Virus record (IMG/VR): IMGVR_UViG_3300025118_004802
Coordinates: 1 to 64,000 of that record
Source: a virus
Length of the DNA stretch: 64,000 nt
Direction: 5' to 3' (one strand)
Shown: one piece after another, positions 22,101 through 31,400 of the stretch
How the letters are laid out: every line of letters starts with the position of its first letter
Numbering within the stretch: the stretch's first letter is position 1
Notes under the pieces: model-generated
What the model was told of the DNA's origin: nothing
Databases searched by the model: none
The model's input: only the letters and a program-made list of their open reading frames with translations
Position numbers and translations under genes: made by a program

Positions 22101-24249
22101 CCGTTTCAGACTCAGACGTCTGTTTAACCGTGTGTATACCAAAAATAGACGCCGTTGCAAAATCATTGATAAAGTAGTTTGTCTCGCTGACCTTTTTAGG
22201 GGCCGGGAAAATAGCTTCAGCCTCAAACGTCATACCCCAGCCGCCTGTAAGATGACCAGACCCTGTAATAAAAGGTACTGAATTAGCATTCGCGCTGGCA
22301 GTTTGCTGGTATACTACCGCATTAAACCGATCGGGGTGATAAAAGTCAGCATACTTCTTTCTTGTTGCGCCGGCGCTTCGGTTATCTCGAATTTTATATG
22401 TAACATCACTTCCATATACTTTTAAATCTATAACTTCTCGGTCAATGCCGTAACAGCGTATTAAGTTGCGGAAGGATTTCTCTGTTCCTTTGGACTTATA
22501 GATATAAACTAAGTTATTGTAAATGTTTTCGTAAATTCTATTTTTAACATTGTAAATATCGTCTGCGAAGATCTTCTCATCGTTGCGAGCAGCCAACTTT
22601 TCTATAATGTCTGCGTCGACAAACATCTCAGGTGCAATTAATCCGACCGATTCAAGCAGTTCTTTCCCGAACGGAAGGGGTTTGGCGCTGGCACTAGTGT
22701 ACAAGACGTTCTCGCGTATTGCTGGCAATGCCTCCATCTGGAGATGCATGCTATCAAAGAAGCTAGAGATAACCTGAGTCAGGTTTTTGATTGCTCCAGA
22801 ATCTTCTTCGATAATCCAGGCCGGAATCGTATTATATAGAGATGCCGGGTTTGAGTAGTCATAAACTGACCCAGTGGCCAAGAGCTTGGTGCGCAAACTG
22901 ACCACGCTGGGGTGATCACCGTAGATAATTGGATCCTCGAATTCTATAGCAGAGGCACTTGACTCGATCATAGCTGACCCAGTATTCCTGGAGTACAAAG
23001 CCTCATAACCAGCAAACGTACCGTTAGTAATCCTGCCAGAGAAGTCGAGAGCCACTGAGTCTAAGCTTGAATCCCCGGTGATCCCCTCGTTAAACTTATA
23101 ATAAACACCTAATTGTGTGTTAGCTGTGTCGCTGTTGGTGCCGCCGCCAACTTGGGAAAACCAATGGCGGCCGACTTGTCGTGCATCACGCTTAGTCTTC
23201 CAGTATCTAAATTCGTCTACGGAACCTGAGGTCTTATACCAACCAATAGAACCAGTTGTGACACCAGGAGTAGTATAGGCGGCGCTGTTCAGGGCGCCGA
23301 CAGTAGCTACCAGGGCACCAGTGATCTCATTGATAGCTTGGCCAGTCTCGGTAACTGTATTGACGATGGTTCCGTTTTCATAAACCTGATATGCTAAATC
23401 AGATCCGTCATTAACGACAGTGATAGCATAATGATTCCAAGACCCGGTGCTTGTCAGAGTCAAACCATCGGAGATGGAATACAACATCGTAGAAGTTGCA
23501 ACGCTTCCAGATTGCAGGCTGGCCTTGAGCCCACTAGTTGCGGCCGCACCATTGTTATAATAATAAACGTAGAAGCGCCCATACGGTGAGGAGGCGTCGG
23601 ACCCAGAAAGTTGGGAGTTAGAAAGGTCGAAGAGTACCTGAGTTTGAGTGGTGACGTCCGGATCTAAATCTCCAAACTTTACCCAGAACTCCATCGTGGC
23701 GCCTGAAGAGAGATCGAATTTTAAGTTAGATTCTTGATTTTCAGTCGGTGACCAGACATTGGAACCACTGAAAGTTTTGTAAAGAGGTGTCGTAGTCATC
23801 CCGCTGGATGCGGTATGAGGACCTCCGTAAAAAATAATATACTCTTTACTGGTCGGATTGCCGGGCTGGGCCGAATCAATTGCGTATCCAGTAGAAGGGT
23901 TACCACCAAAAGTAACATACCCGTTCGTGCGAGGATACTCATTATTAAAGATGTATAAATCAACACCGGAAGAACTATTCTCCCACTCTAATTTTTCTTG
24001 GTGTGAACCATCATAAGGATAGTTTTTTAAAATACGATTAATCGAATCGTCATAATACTTCTCGGCTGAACCGTATTTAACAAAATTTGACGCTGATGAG
24101 AAATCTACGTGTGGGAGGAACCGATTCTTCTTCTTAAGATAATCTTTTATATAGCCTACCGACTCTACTTCGGTGGCCACGGCCTCAAGGCTTTTATCCT
24201 CCAGGGTCGTGTTACTATGTTTCTTAAACAGATCTTTTATGCTGCTCAT
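13198..24249 (-). CDS. Giant baseplate wedge/receptor-binding protein (3683 aa) with three LamG/concanavalin-A-like domains
   Basis: Wedge motif YKSKGTEKSFRNLIRCYG (T4 gp7/P2 gpI-like). LamG signatures TMEFWVK..WNHYAIT..VDEFRYW, STFAWIK..WMHVGVT..ITDIAFWN and TIGCWIK..WHFVSV..MAGMQVYD. Confidence 0.7.
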   Translation of the reverse strand: MSSIKDLFKKHSNTTLEDKSLEAVATEVESVGYIKDYLKKKNRFLPHVDFSSASNFVKYGSAEKYYDDSINRILKNYPYDGSHQEKLEWENSSSGVDLYIFNNEYPRTNGYVTFGGNPSTGYAIDSAQPGNPTSKEYIIFYGGPHTASSGMTTTPLYKTFSGSNVWSPTENQESNLKFDLSSGATMEFWVKFGDLDPDVTTQTQVLFDLSNSQLSGSDASSPYGRFYVYYYNNGAAATSGLKASLQSGSVATSTMLYSISDGLTLTSTGSWNHYAITVVNDGSDLAYQVYENGTIVNTVTETGQAINEITGALVATVGALNSAAYTTPGVTTGSIGWYKTSGSVDEFRYWKTKRDARQVGRHWFSQVGGGTNSDTANTQLGVYYKFNEGITGDSSLDSVALDFSGRITNGTFAGYEALYSRNTGSAMIESSASAIEFEDPIIYGDHPSVVSLRTKLLATGSVYDYSNPASLYNTIPAWIIEEDSGAIKNLTQVISSFFDSMHLQMEALPAIRENVLYTSASAKPLPFGKELLESVGLIAPEMFVDADIIEKLAARNDEKIFADDIYNVKNRIYENIYNNLVYIYKSKGTEKSFRNLIRCYGIDREVIDLKVYGSDVTYKIRDNRSAGATRKKYADFYHPDRFNAVVYQQTASANANSVPFITGSGHLTGGWGMTFEAEAIFPAPKKVSETNYFINDFATASIFGIHTVKQTSESETGAEVAWNSPDVANFQVLAAKDYTPGAEDISAGAARFILTGSAGGFFHPALTSSAIPGVYENQRWNFAVKIGPSSYPLSSEVSGTLPTRDNQPYKVEFYGVNLNYNQIENEFYLTASMDGDYAKQFMTSSKRVFVGANKTNFLGGALQKSDAKISSARAWLDVLDNTTILAHAKDPTSFGAAHPYRNAYVFQDCTGSYLPSIETLLLDWDFATVTGSDAGDGGTGYTAGFAVPDVSSGSVTAIPGGTNTYGWLGPMLRSQHTGRGEDYLANQTTVVDTQFLYASKQTLPEYVDSSEMVNILSQDDVNFTLDSRPTNYYFSIEKSMYEAVSRQMIDFFATIKDFNNLIGDPVNRYRQEYKILGKLRQLFFEGVSNSTIDFEKYLEYYKWIDSSLTLMLVQMIPASAKFSEGVRTMVESHVLERNKYWNKFPTLESKFSDPEDAARGINELLYNWKFGHAAPSKGASFADLLTLTGFSDNDKFTVNVATDTGVSGTDITVKMVSGTPSSGTANQVEVSTAGTAAAILARLVIAITGGTPSPSNSVAYGTGAGDATNGVAGISATLGTNPTITVSATRIGSAGNEIVFTDVVGQMVAAGANGSSPAKLTGGIGNQQDVNCFWWKERAERTIGAISASGNPAVNENRTEYLSASLQVLNRRLDSPYKFSAVEVRNIKGGSNAPTNAKEKSVLSTFDNVKDEDSTQLYHDYVYISGSDLEQIEDCDDVLKPVFTDASGNPAAKKRISYYTHTGSANDGSPTEVAKDSAPFTFYSSSVSTGYVKEIQDVAGFEGTALTNLHNDSYGPDYEIPLQGPFTEKYVGGYQYRHVDVNYSSSERDLNTRYDRPEGFRIIMGDEVGSSPGTITVAGGAIDFTGSAADANAGFANRTRETYAKRPVNIANIQQVTSSGVTKIGNFDQNYQVVQTSGRRINNLSIENLTIASSGSSYVTGVIDYTLPTRTTNKSVFVERFSAPGSSEVMARGTRDYTSEEYSPYNALPWRNLTVRQPLNSLFAQHAAKYGMKANTLSSSAQLDNVQHLISASYHKVNQNVARRYENDARWYSNYSIYFDGTNDLYLSGLAISELGLQNSSFSTFAWIKVPTSLSQDGVVFFIGPAGGGLDTIHLRAEESGGTLGRFFVEAQNGASAINSSTYSAQAGEWMHVGVTGRYNGDGGITYSTLYVNGKAVANGAVSASYAGTSKIGIGAEDTGMTSEFKGSITDIAFWNSELTGSDITQLYKFGANQAGPCDLNQHPCSGTLVAWYQMGNAPYMDYGINAEPYMLRDSSRFESPALPHPDANNNPQLFVDAPLGSIIPSPGKWEAVKGGMGTYFDGTSGMYKANLYDIIQGPSIGYNIDFTIGCWIKAETPSEDYGTVWAIYDEGGTGLELLLCVRKSDGKIAIYEEEGDIPASPAAVSTNSIVDGEWHFVSVLHYDSGRTAALYIDGVYVDEGGYFKITYSGVPNLCVGGSPSASADGYGDANPGAFFKGEMAGMQVYDEYLSVTANKHTCRYIGSDSYTFGLVNPYQSMRGILAAGPELGISSSLKAWWRFGNTPGDTPDLIIDGATGSFPLIPHDSVAAGFVRSSMTASGRTVATLGTRIYDNMFVQHAIPQSDSQYMWITSSMLSSDAFGYTTSSTDITFLSSSDLGTYVDPDDAQARRRYATPVAQKGADQFIHDDFVGLNTNLYEPVTSSTNIAGYPLSYSWGLLGERADQIYQGGLVDIWSAFPVSTRTGGEVRMLNGLLNHRNGPYQYPSWKQIRTGEHPVARQHKKESQLSVLPIARQTIRQLGSDYDHKYNADSRRNSFAARSAYMINATQSMVTSKYKPLIHEMGPQRSPNEIILTDTFSNQMETFNEEVNTALYTYLLPRDVDEVHTNIMDATKNGYMPPEHALRKFTYQETIFPRGKNAFLAKVRQREAFIVDFWHPLSGSRTPTNWYDVYTPAGDLIPAAERYWRYVNSQGWPIGTQSIWVLDARYNGHVSGASNVPSSFGRAGELQNRYSIAYGTSSVEPGDSETHFGLGVSYNRAGVPGPDAGTFRGLAGVRWTAGAEAGKNPFYYESYDAYAADIRVKAPDYTIVPEFRISDHMAYYITERNGEFEPHSDPSRARPPTPPTWGSFGRGAQVHEEVPGMLSLTGAVLNNALPAGVVASSSMDGFFEEYSLTDMLKYFDVLDDINEGTDMNPTRLTLSCRAIKKFLPYNGFYPAQRSVQLATLFSQSYGPAMSCSGAPWLAGGRGIAPLGFYPPADQRFRAALQPFFAPGILYNTIKSGLAVDWPIYTGSDDFLTDPTAKDADYNAYVGKNASGSYICLSASYRAPFESLLEPERVLNNIRDIEQQYIDADHPTRGVNEPEINRTEINATASLHGSFDSRYKMAMHNFLAETIDFFLKDSTLTSLVSLPDGDANFGNTGNSVADVFSMDVIISQNVSTGSTPGPLPGPAHMGSAPDPSTLNFPMMYNQIQGKGVAGETGWTDYTGLAFGPPVNSSKEMTDGLNAAIYNWQCFPFTPSHLSYPSIARLEFVPFRGAGEGQVYSLDEILSNMTVKYYHLDGLVDPVGALQFGPAWVDGSQISASLNISQNPAELVKVRAKDVSFGAISRAPEGLSDSESEVLVIQSRFETPILDFRSSSLAARGIYPQPPITHTDANSIVTFGMWHQYGATPPPGEGIFLEIRDSVNADVYDQSLLQWGRLYNLDTPPVRTAVTGSLVDLMGFKRGAEPLGKPAIEKEIKEAVVAIPYQETPDGKDFYPISTQDAHFALSLLEENTVLPTSNPYFELAEQFRKMGEYVMPPQFNCLYYDGWRAGPQGQNRPGTVLPISMFIFEFKHQLTTLDVTDIWQNLPPSIHERMETATATISDDLLLNDLIHLQRHGRTRDIRNIKFMVFKVKQRAKMNYYRKTLDSADDARFSYEQLFGRPGSSKSAEPPYSYNWPYDFFSLVELAKIDASVEYTADAPAPPPAPAGDIAGAADGGDE

Positions 24250-26165
24250 TCTTCTACTCTAAACTTGTAACTCTCTTTGCTCTCAATATATTTTCCGCTA
24301 AGGTAATAGAGGTATCGGACTGTATAGGAGTAGCCAGCTTCTAAAATACTGACATCGAAATCAAAGTAGCTCCCCGTAACATCATAAGATAACTTGGTAT
24401 AATTATCGCTTCCTGTACCAAATGCTACAACTTCAAACTCGTCTATAGTGCGAGAAATATTATAATAGACGCTCTCAATGGTATAATTCGCGATCTCTTG
24501 TGTTACTTTTGTATATACATTAGGAGTCCAGTCTTTTTGCCTGGTGAATAATCGGAATCTTGTATTCTTTTCTTCTTTATTATAAGACGGCTTCAAATTG
24601 GTCATACTACTAACGATATCTGGGCTAGGATTATAATTCGAGGCTTGAAAAACTTTAGGGTCAGAGGAGCCAGTATGGAACTCCGTGGTATCGTTATGCC
24701 ACATATCGAAAACTCGTGTCAAAGCAGTTGTACCAGTCACAGCAATGCTGGCTGAATAGATGCCTGTGGAAACGATGCCCCCTGTGGCATTCAAGTCTGC
24801 TGCGGCCGCGACGTCTCCGCCAACGCTCAATTCTAACTTGTTTGTACCGGGAGTTGTATTAGTATCAGAACCCGAATACAAGCTTACAAAGATAGCCTTG
24901 TTAGTGAGGTTCGGGATTTCCTGCAACTGGCCGCGGACATAGTTATATAAATACAGCGTATTAAGGTTGTCGGCTGCTGTCGCGATACTACTGCTAAAAT
25001 AAAAGTCGCCGCGATTGTCGGATACCGAAGAGTCCCATCGAGCTTCGATAATAGGGCGTTTGAAGAAGTACTGCGACCCCCGAGCAAAAAACTTTTTAGT
25101 GTACTGCGAGACGCTACTACTCTCCAGACTAGAGGTCAGCTTCACACACAGTCCATGGTTACTAAGGCCAGCGGTGGCTCCGCCTTTGATCCAATCTTCA
25201 ACGAGGGGGGTGATATCTAGTTCTATATCTTCAGTGCCATTTGGCATTGCCACATCAAACCACGTTCTTGTGGAGGCATTCTTTATCTCATTGAAAGAAC
25301 CGCCGTCTGTTGCGATCCCCTCAGTGTCAAACCAGGGTGTCCATTGGGAACCTGAGTAAAACCCTTGTACCGACCCCGTATTCATCGACGCGCTAGCGTA
25401 CGTCGTGCCGTCAACTAAGGTACCATTAATGTGCGTGTTACCTATTTGACCGGCTTCTGTTTGATACAGTGTAACAATCGCACTTGAACCATCCCAGGAC
25501 GCGCTGATCGGAACAGAGCCTGCAGCTAGGGCGCCCGTGAGTGTGTTATAGACCGCATTGGCTAAGTTGGCCGCAGAACTCATATCCGAAAGACCCACCG
25601 AAGTTGCCGTTGAGGCGGCGCGGGCCAAAGAAGTATCACAAGTGGCTGTATAAGATGTGCCATCAGTGCCGCTGAGGATTAGCGTTTTTCCGTTCATCCC
25701 AGTATTTGCTGTGGCTATCGCCGTCACGGAACCGGTAGCGGCGACCAAAAGATCGCTAGCTTGCAGCCAGTTTGAACCAGTAGAGCCATACGTTAAATTA
25801 GAGTAAGCCTCCATGTCCATCCCATAACCTTCTTGCCAGGATTGAGATAAAGCAATTACGGTATATGTTGCATCCCTGGGAATTGATGAACCATGGGGCG
25901 CGTTAAACATGCGTAGGTAAAAAGTCACGCTGCCGCTAGCTGGGATGTCTTCGTTTGTTCGATCGGTAGAAATTGTGCTTATTGGAAATTCAATGATAGC
26001 TCGGGACAATTCTTGTGATGTGGAAGATTCCTGACCGAAAATATGGAAAATCTCCAAGATGTCGGCGCGGCCCATATTAGATCCAGTGGCGCGAGTGCTT
26101 AGGTTGCTCTCAAAAGCATTTGTAATCGTGTTGTCGGCGCCAGCCGTATACCTTTTAATCGCCAT
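24246..26165 (-). CDS. Baseplate-associated structural protein (DNRLRE-like beta-sandwich with an inserted module)
   Basis: Patterns SRAIIEF, LSQSWQEG, LDITPLVEDW and RPIIEARWD; lies between the gp6-like gene and the giant wedge gene. Confidence 0.55.
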   Translation of the reverse strand: MAIKRYTAGADNTITNAFESNLSTRATGSNMGRADILEIFHIFGQESSTSQELSRAIIEFPISTISTDRTNEDIPASGSVTFYLRMFNAPHGSSIPRDATYTVIALSQSWQEGYGMDMEAYSNLTYGSTGSNWLQASDLLVAATGSVTAIATANTGMNGKTLILSGTDGTSYTATCDTSLARAASTATSVGLSDMSSAANLANAVYNTLTGALAAGSVPISASWDGSSAIVTLYQTEAGQIGNTHINGTLVDGTTYASASMNTGSVQGFYSGSQWTPWFDTEGIATDGGSFNEIKNASTRTWFDVAMPNGTEDIELDITPLVEDWIKGGATAGLSNHGLCVKLTSSLESSSVSQYTKKFFARGSQYFFKRPIIEARWDSSVSDNRGDFYFSSSIATAADNLNTLYLYNYVRGQLQEIPNLTNKAIFVSLYSGSDTNTTPGTNKLELSVGGDVAAAADLNATGGIVSTGIYSASIAVTGTTALTRVFDMWHNDTTEFHTGSSDPKVFQASNYNPSPDIVSSMTNLKPSYNKEEKNTRFRLFTRQKDWTPNVYTKVTQEIANYTIESVYYNISRTIDEFEVVAFGTGSDNYTKLSYDVTGSYFDFDVSILEAGYSYTVRYLYYLSGKYIESKESYKFRVEE

Positions 26166-27964
26166 TACTTGAGTGTCCCTTTAATATCGCTATCAGGATA
26201 CTTAATCTCCCAGATAAAGTTTTCTGGAAATGCGATGTACCTTCCATCGGCGCTTTGGTAGTCCTCGATCACGAAAGAGACGGTTGAGTAGTTACTCCCT
26301 TCCTTTTTAGTAATATCAACTGTTACCACATCAACAATCCCTCCTACATCATTAATTACATTATAGATATCTGAGATATAGAACGGCTGCGCAATATTGG
26401 GCAATATTTCGAAATGTTCAGCCAAGGCGTCCTGAACATCTTTCAACACATCAAATCGGTTTGCTTCCACGTCTGCAATCGCCACAAATTCAATACCCAG
26501 ATTAACCAGACGTGCGTCTAGTATATCTATAGTATCATTGACCATCTTAACACTAGCTAACCAATTTTTTAAATTTTGTTTGATAGTTGAGTTAGTTTCA
26601 ACAAGTTTCTCAGAAGAGTCTTCCGAAATAACATACAAATTTAGATTCCTCTTGAATGAATCTTTGTCTTGCACTATATTACAACGCTTGATAGCCCCCA
26701 AATCAGACGGCATATTGTATATCATGCTTATATAGTCCTGCTTCGTCACCGCTCGATTCTGGGTTGCAAAGTGAGAAAAAGCACGATGCTTCAACTCCTC
26801 TGAGGTAGGGTATGAAATACTACCCACAATTGAATCTTCGTTCGAAACCTCTAGCGAATTCATGACCGCCGTTGCGGCGTTTGCCGAAAGGCTTGCAAAG
26901 TTGGGAAAACGAAACGAGGGATTAGCAACAGTGTCTAGTGCTGTCGGGGCAACGTTCATGTTTGAACTGTTGTTTACTCTATAGACAACTGTCAGCGTAG
27001 TGTTGGAGGGACCCACTCCGAGCTTGTCTGTTGCAATCAGGTTGTTTGGGTCTAGAGTCTTGTCAGAGAAATAGTCCTTTCCGTGCACATCCAGCACAAC
27101 GTTGCTCGGATCTGCCACAGACTTTGTAGTTAATTCTGAATCGGATCCGAAACCAAACTGAAGATATACCTGAGTACGCTGGCGCTCCACTGTAAAGCGT
27201 CGAGGGACGGGTACTGCGGTCAACAACGATTGTACAGAATCTGCATTCGTACCCCTATTTTTTAATGATTTATAGACTACGTCCTGAGAAAGATAATCAA
27301 CTTCATGATATTCATTACCGTCCGAATCGGTCACAGAGATAATTTCGGTGATGTTGTTGCCCGAGATCCTAACTCTCTTGAATTTCTCAAATGTTCCCAC
27401 TTGTGCGGTTTCGCGTACAAGTTGACCTGACATTACCTGTCCGTACGCTTTGATGGCGAAATAGGTTGTATTGCCAGTATCAGGATCTTGGCGCGCCGAG
27501 ACTTTTCCAGCTACAAACCGCGTATTGGCAAAATTGACGTCCTCATTAAGAATAAAGCCGCGGCCGTCGGCGGTCATAAATTCACTACCTTTCTCTAAAA
27601 CTGGCAGATAGCTTGTATCTGGGCCGGTGCCGATAGTGTTGGCTGGCACAATAATATAGAAAGAGGCCACGCCCACGGACGAAGGCGCCAAATCCAACTT
27701 GAAGCCCAGCTGTTTGCTAAGCTTGATAATGTTGTCGTACTCTAATGCGGTTGATAAAAACGACTCGTTTGCCTGATAATCAACATAGAAGGAGAGCATG
27801 TCTCCCACATAGGCCACTGTGTCTAGGAGTAATGAACCAAAGCCGGCTTCATTGAAGTCTCTAAAGGTGTCAGGATAGTATCTCTTCGCGTATTGTACTA
27901 ATTCATTTTTTATTGATACAAAATCTCTACTAGTATAACTGACAGCGACTTTCTTCTTTGGCAT
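26165..27964 (-). CDS. Baseplate wedge protein, T4 gp6/baseplate-J-like
   Basis: YTSRDFVSIK, LLDTVAYVGDMLSFYVDYQANESFL, LQFGFG and QNRAVTKQDY are hallmark gp6 motifs. Confidence 0.85.
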   Translation of the reverse strand: MPKKKVAVSYTSRDFVSIKNELVQYAKRYYPDTFRDFNEAGFGSLLLDTVAYVGDMLSFYVDYQANESFLSTALEYDNIIKLSKQLGFKLDLAPSSVGVASFYIIVPANTIGTGPDTSYLPVLEKGSEFMTADGRGFILNEDVNFANTRFVAGKVSARQDPDTGNTTYFAIKAYGQVMSGQLVRETAQVGTFEKFKRVRISGNNITEIISVTDSDGNEYHEVDYLSQDVVYKSLKNRGTNADSVQSLLTAVPVPRRFTVERQRTQVYLQFGFGSDSELTTKSVADPSNVVLDVHGKDYFSDKTLDPNNLIATDKLGVGPSNTTLTVVYRVNNSSNMNVAPTALDTVANPSFRFPNFASLSANAATAVMNSLEVSNEDSIVGSISYPTSEELKHRAFSHFATQNRAVTKQDYISMIYNMPSDLGAIKRCNIVQDKDSFKRNLNLYVISEDSSEKLVETNSTIKQNLKNWLASVKMVNDTIDILDARLVNLGIEFVAIADVEANRFDVLKDVQDALAEHFEILPNIAQPFYISDIYNVINDVGGIVDVVTVDITKKEGSNYSTVSFVIEDYQSADGRYIAFPENFIWEIKYPDSDIKGTLK

Positions 27965-27982
27965 TAACTTTTCCTCTCCACC

Positions 27983-28381
27983 CTAAATAGTTTGAAATCC
28001 GGTATTTCTTACAGTTGAATTGGTCACCTCAAACCTGTCTTTTATGTTTATTCCAGGTATATGGTACTCGATAGAGATCGACAACAACTGAGTTGTGTCA
28101 TCGAAGCCGATATTGACCGCGCTTAACTTAATAAAGGGCATATACTTGCGGACCTGCTGGTTGATACGAGACCTTAAATTTTCCTCAAGCGCATATGAGT
28201 TTTGAGAAAACAGGTAGTTTCGGAGTCCTACGCCAAAGGTTGGGTCCATCATCCGTTCACCAGGGGCGGTGAGAATTAGATTTTTTAAATTTTGTTTAAA
28301 TACTTGCGTCAAAGTTGTGTTCATCACATAACCGTCTTCGGTGTCCCTCTCAAACGGCAGTGCTGGTGATATAAAAGCCAT
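27983..28381 (-). CDS. Baseplate wedge subunit gp25-like (sheath initiator)
   Basis: QNLKNLILTAPGERMMDPTFGVGL is the GPW/gp25 signature. Confidence 0.9.
   Translation of the reverse strand: MAFISPALPFERDTEDGYVMNTTLTQVFKQNLKNLILTAPGERMMDPTFGVGLRNYLFSQNSYALEENLRSRINQQVRKYMPFIKLSAVNIGFDDTTQLLSISIEYHIPGINIKDRFEVTNSTVRNTGFQTI
27984..27991 (-). promoter_or_regulatory. Candidate late-promoter motif ACTATTTA
   Basis: Recurrent motif upstream of the gp6-like gene, followed by a GGAGAGG RBS. Confidence 0.45.
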
Positions 28382-28433
28382 ATTAATGTCCTCTTGATGT
28401 TAGTAAATATTTCAACTAAAATATTATTCCCTA

Positions 28434-31400
28434 TTATTCGACCGAGAAATAGTCAGGTACTTCTACTTTACATTCCTCATCAATTTCCTTGTTCGATGTG
28501 GGGTCGCATGAGTTATCGTCAAACTCTGGCCATGGCGGAAGTGATGGGAAGTCCGGACAATCCCACTCCTTCTTGATGCGGTTCCCTAGACCGCCAAAAG
28601 TTCCGTCTGTAGGTATCACCGGGCACAAGATGAGTTTCATCAGCCCAAATGGGTCCAACATTGAGCCAGCCAACTGCAGGATGGCCAACACCGCTGCCAA
28701 AATTGTATCGAAAACGACGTCTATGGCACTGAAGCCCATATCGTCCAGTAGACTCTCCCAATCAATACCGGTTAAGCTGATGCCCCAATCTGAATCGCAG
28801 CGGCCGGACTTGTTCCCAAAGGGACTCTCGTCAATCATCAACAAATACAACAATCTCAATGCCGCCTTCAACCCCTTGAATGCTTTGTCTGTTTTGTAAT
28901 ACTTATTAGAAACAAAGGATTCAGCAAATATAAAAGATGTACCAAATACTCGGTCTGCTGCCATTATGTATTCCATCAGTCGTTTGTAGTCTTCGCCGTC
29001 GATCACTTGTTGCTGGAGAGTTTCCCACAAGGTGTCTCCGTTGGGCAACTGGTGTCGATATCTCTCAACATCCCTCACTTCGTGTGTCCATTCAAAATCT
29101 AACGGGATCTCCATCTCTTGTGAAGCTAATGGAATCACAATACGTCGGAAGGTAGACGATGCCAAACGGTTTTGTCCTTCTTGGCCACGAGAGAGACGTT
29201 CGAGATCTGGGTCTCCCACCTCTGTCACCAAAAAAGCCTTTTCTCGTATGGCCGACCTGGTGCCAGCATTGGTTAACTGACCATGCTCCGTTGGCTGTAG
29301 ATCCGGGAATAGGCTCTGAATGGTGCTTAGATCCTCGTCATCCCGGGCCACGTATACAAGACGTACACCATAGGCCAACTTATTGAAGTAACCACCTACC
29401 GTGGTACCTTGGGGGCCGCCATGCAGAGCGAGGCCTTGGCCCCCCATAAAATCTTGCCAGGCATTGTAGTTAACCACATCTTGCAAGTCAGCATTTCCAA
29501 CAAAATCAAAAAATTGATTACGAGTCGCATTACCAAAATGACCCTCCGAGGCGCCCGGTGGTACTATTCTACCGCTATTTCGACGACTGTCGGCTCCGCC
29601 GCGGCGCACTTTCAATGCTGTACCCCACAAACCTTCAGAATTCTCGTTATCCACGACTCTCATGTACCTTTCAAAATAAAAGGTACCAACTGCCGGTTCA
29701 TAGGTATCATCAAACCGGGCGGGCCTATAAAAATAAGAAGGGGGCACATCGTGTATAGAGGTGCCGGCCTGCGTGAAATCAACAATCGACTCAGCTATAC
29801 TTTTATGGTGCACCCCCTCCCACTCTGGGGGTATTACACCAGCGTGAGCCCGTTGGCGCGCCTTTTTGTGAGAGTCGATAATATAATTGTACTCTCTTTC
29901 AAGTTCCAAAACCTGATTTTTTAATAAGAAAACTAACTTTTCCTCAAAAGCCGCGGCGTCGGAAAGATCAATCTCAACATCCATCACCGGGTCCCTAAAG
30001 CTCTCCCCACTCTTTCCCATATCACCAATAATTTTATCAACGCCTTTTTTAAACTCACAGTAATAGACGTCATCTTGACTGATATCACTCTTGAGGTTTT
30101 GGACAATGTACAATGGCACCACATTTGATTTGAACATGTCGCTAATTCTAAAATTAACCAAAACAGGGGCTATCTTCAACAGAAACTCTAAAGTATAAAC
30201 ACGTAAGATTAAGTAAACAACGCCGGCCATAGCTGCGGTTTCAAGTTGAGAGAGATCTTTGTTGGCAAAGGGATCATCCGGGTCTTCGCAAAAGGGACTG
30301 GAGAGAAAGTCGTTTTTAACCTTCTCTTTAATCGTATCGAGCGAAAGAAGATCACCACGTGGGGCCGAGGCGCCTATGTCAGGCCCATCATAACCAGGGA
30401 GTGCTGCAATTTCGTTCGCCTCTTTAGAGCCCATCTTCACAAAAACGCGTGAAACACTGTTGTCGGGCGCCTGGACTTCGACAGGTACAACTCCGCGGGC
30501 TCGCTGCACTCTCTGGTTTGAAGATGGAATAACCTCCAAACTAGACAACTCTGCTGGACTTGCGAAAAACGGGTTTGGGGCCCCGTTTGTTGAAAAAATC
30601 ATGTTCTGGAAAACATTCCCCATCATTCCCGACACAGCCCGAGTGTACAACGCTCCTACTTCCTCACCATGGCCCGCCTGAGCGGTGGCCACAGGATCAA
30701 CCTCAGTAGGAATATGTCTTTTTATAGCATCGCCCAAAAAGTCTATAAATAGAAGGGTCTTGCTTAGAGATGAGGCTCTCGGATCTTTATAGTAATCCTG
30801 ATAAACTGTTTCATATTTTTCAACCGCTGTGAGACTGCCTGGAACACCGAAGGCCTGTCTCTGTCCGTCTACTCTATGCTGTTCTGCAGTCACGGTGCGC
30901 TCATATTTCAGCTGAAATGCGTCATACTCATTAGCGTCGTCAACCAAATCCAGGACCGAAACATGGGGGGACGAATTTATGCGCAAGCCCGAGATGGTTG
31001 GGTTAATTAGACCTGCATTCGGCCGGAAGCCGTCTTTTGCTTTGTTTGATAGAGTGTTAACAAAGTCTTTAGCCGGATACTTAAAATCAAGAGTGCTTGC
31101 GAGCGTTGTCCTATTTGTTTGAAGTTCGCTGCTGTAGGGGATGCCCTCCCCCACACCATAACCCACAGCTTCGTACAAAGAGAACCGGGCGTTTCCGGCT
31201 GCGAGATTGCGAAATTTATCTATGGGCACCAGTCCCTCGGCCCGGGGAGAAGTGACGGTATAAATTATTGTTTGTCCTTCTAGCCGACTGCCGTAATCTA
31301 AGTGACTAGGGAACTCTATGATGCTACCATCTAGGCCTGGCACAAGCGACAAAAAGGTCGAAGCTAAATCTAAAATAGTGTATGGGCCAGCGTTTCCTGG

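Noticed and set aside
13198-24249. Diversity-generating retroelement target or intein in the giant tail protein
   Set aside because: No reverse transcriptase, template/variable repeat pair or intein splice motifs were recognised in the window.
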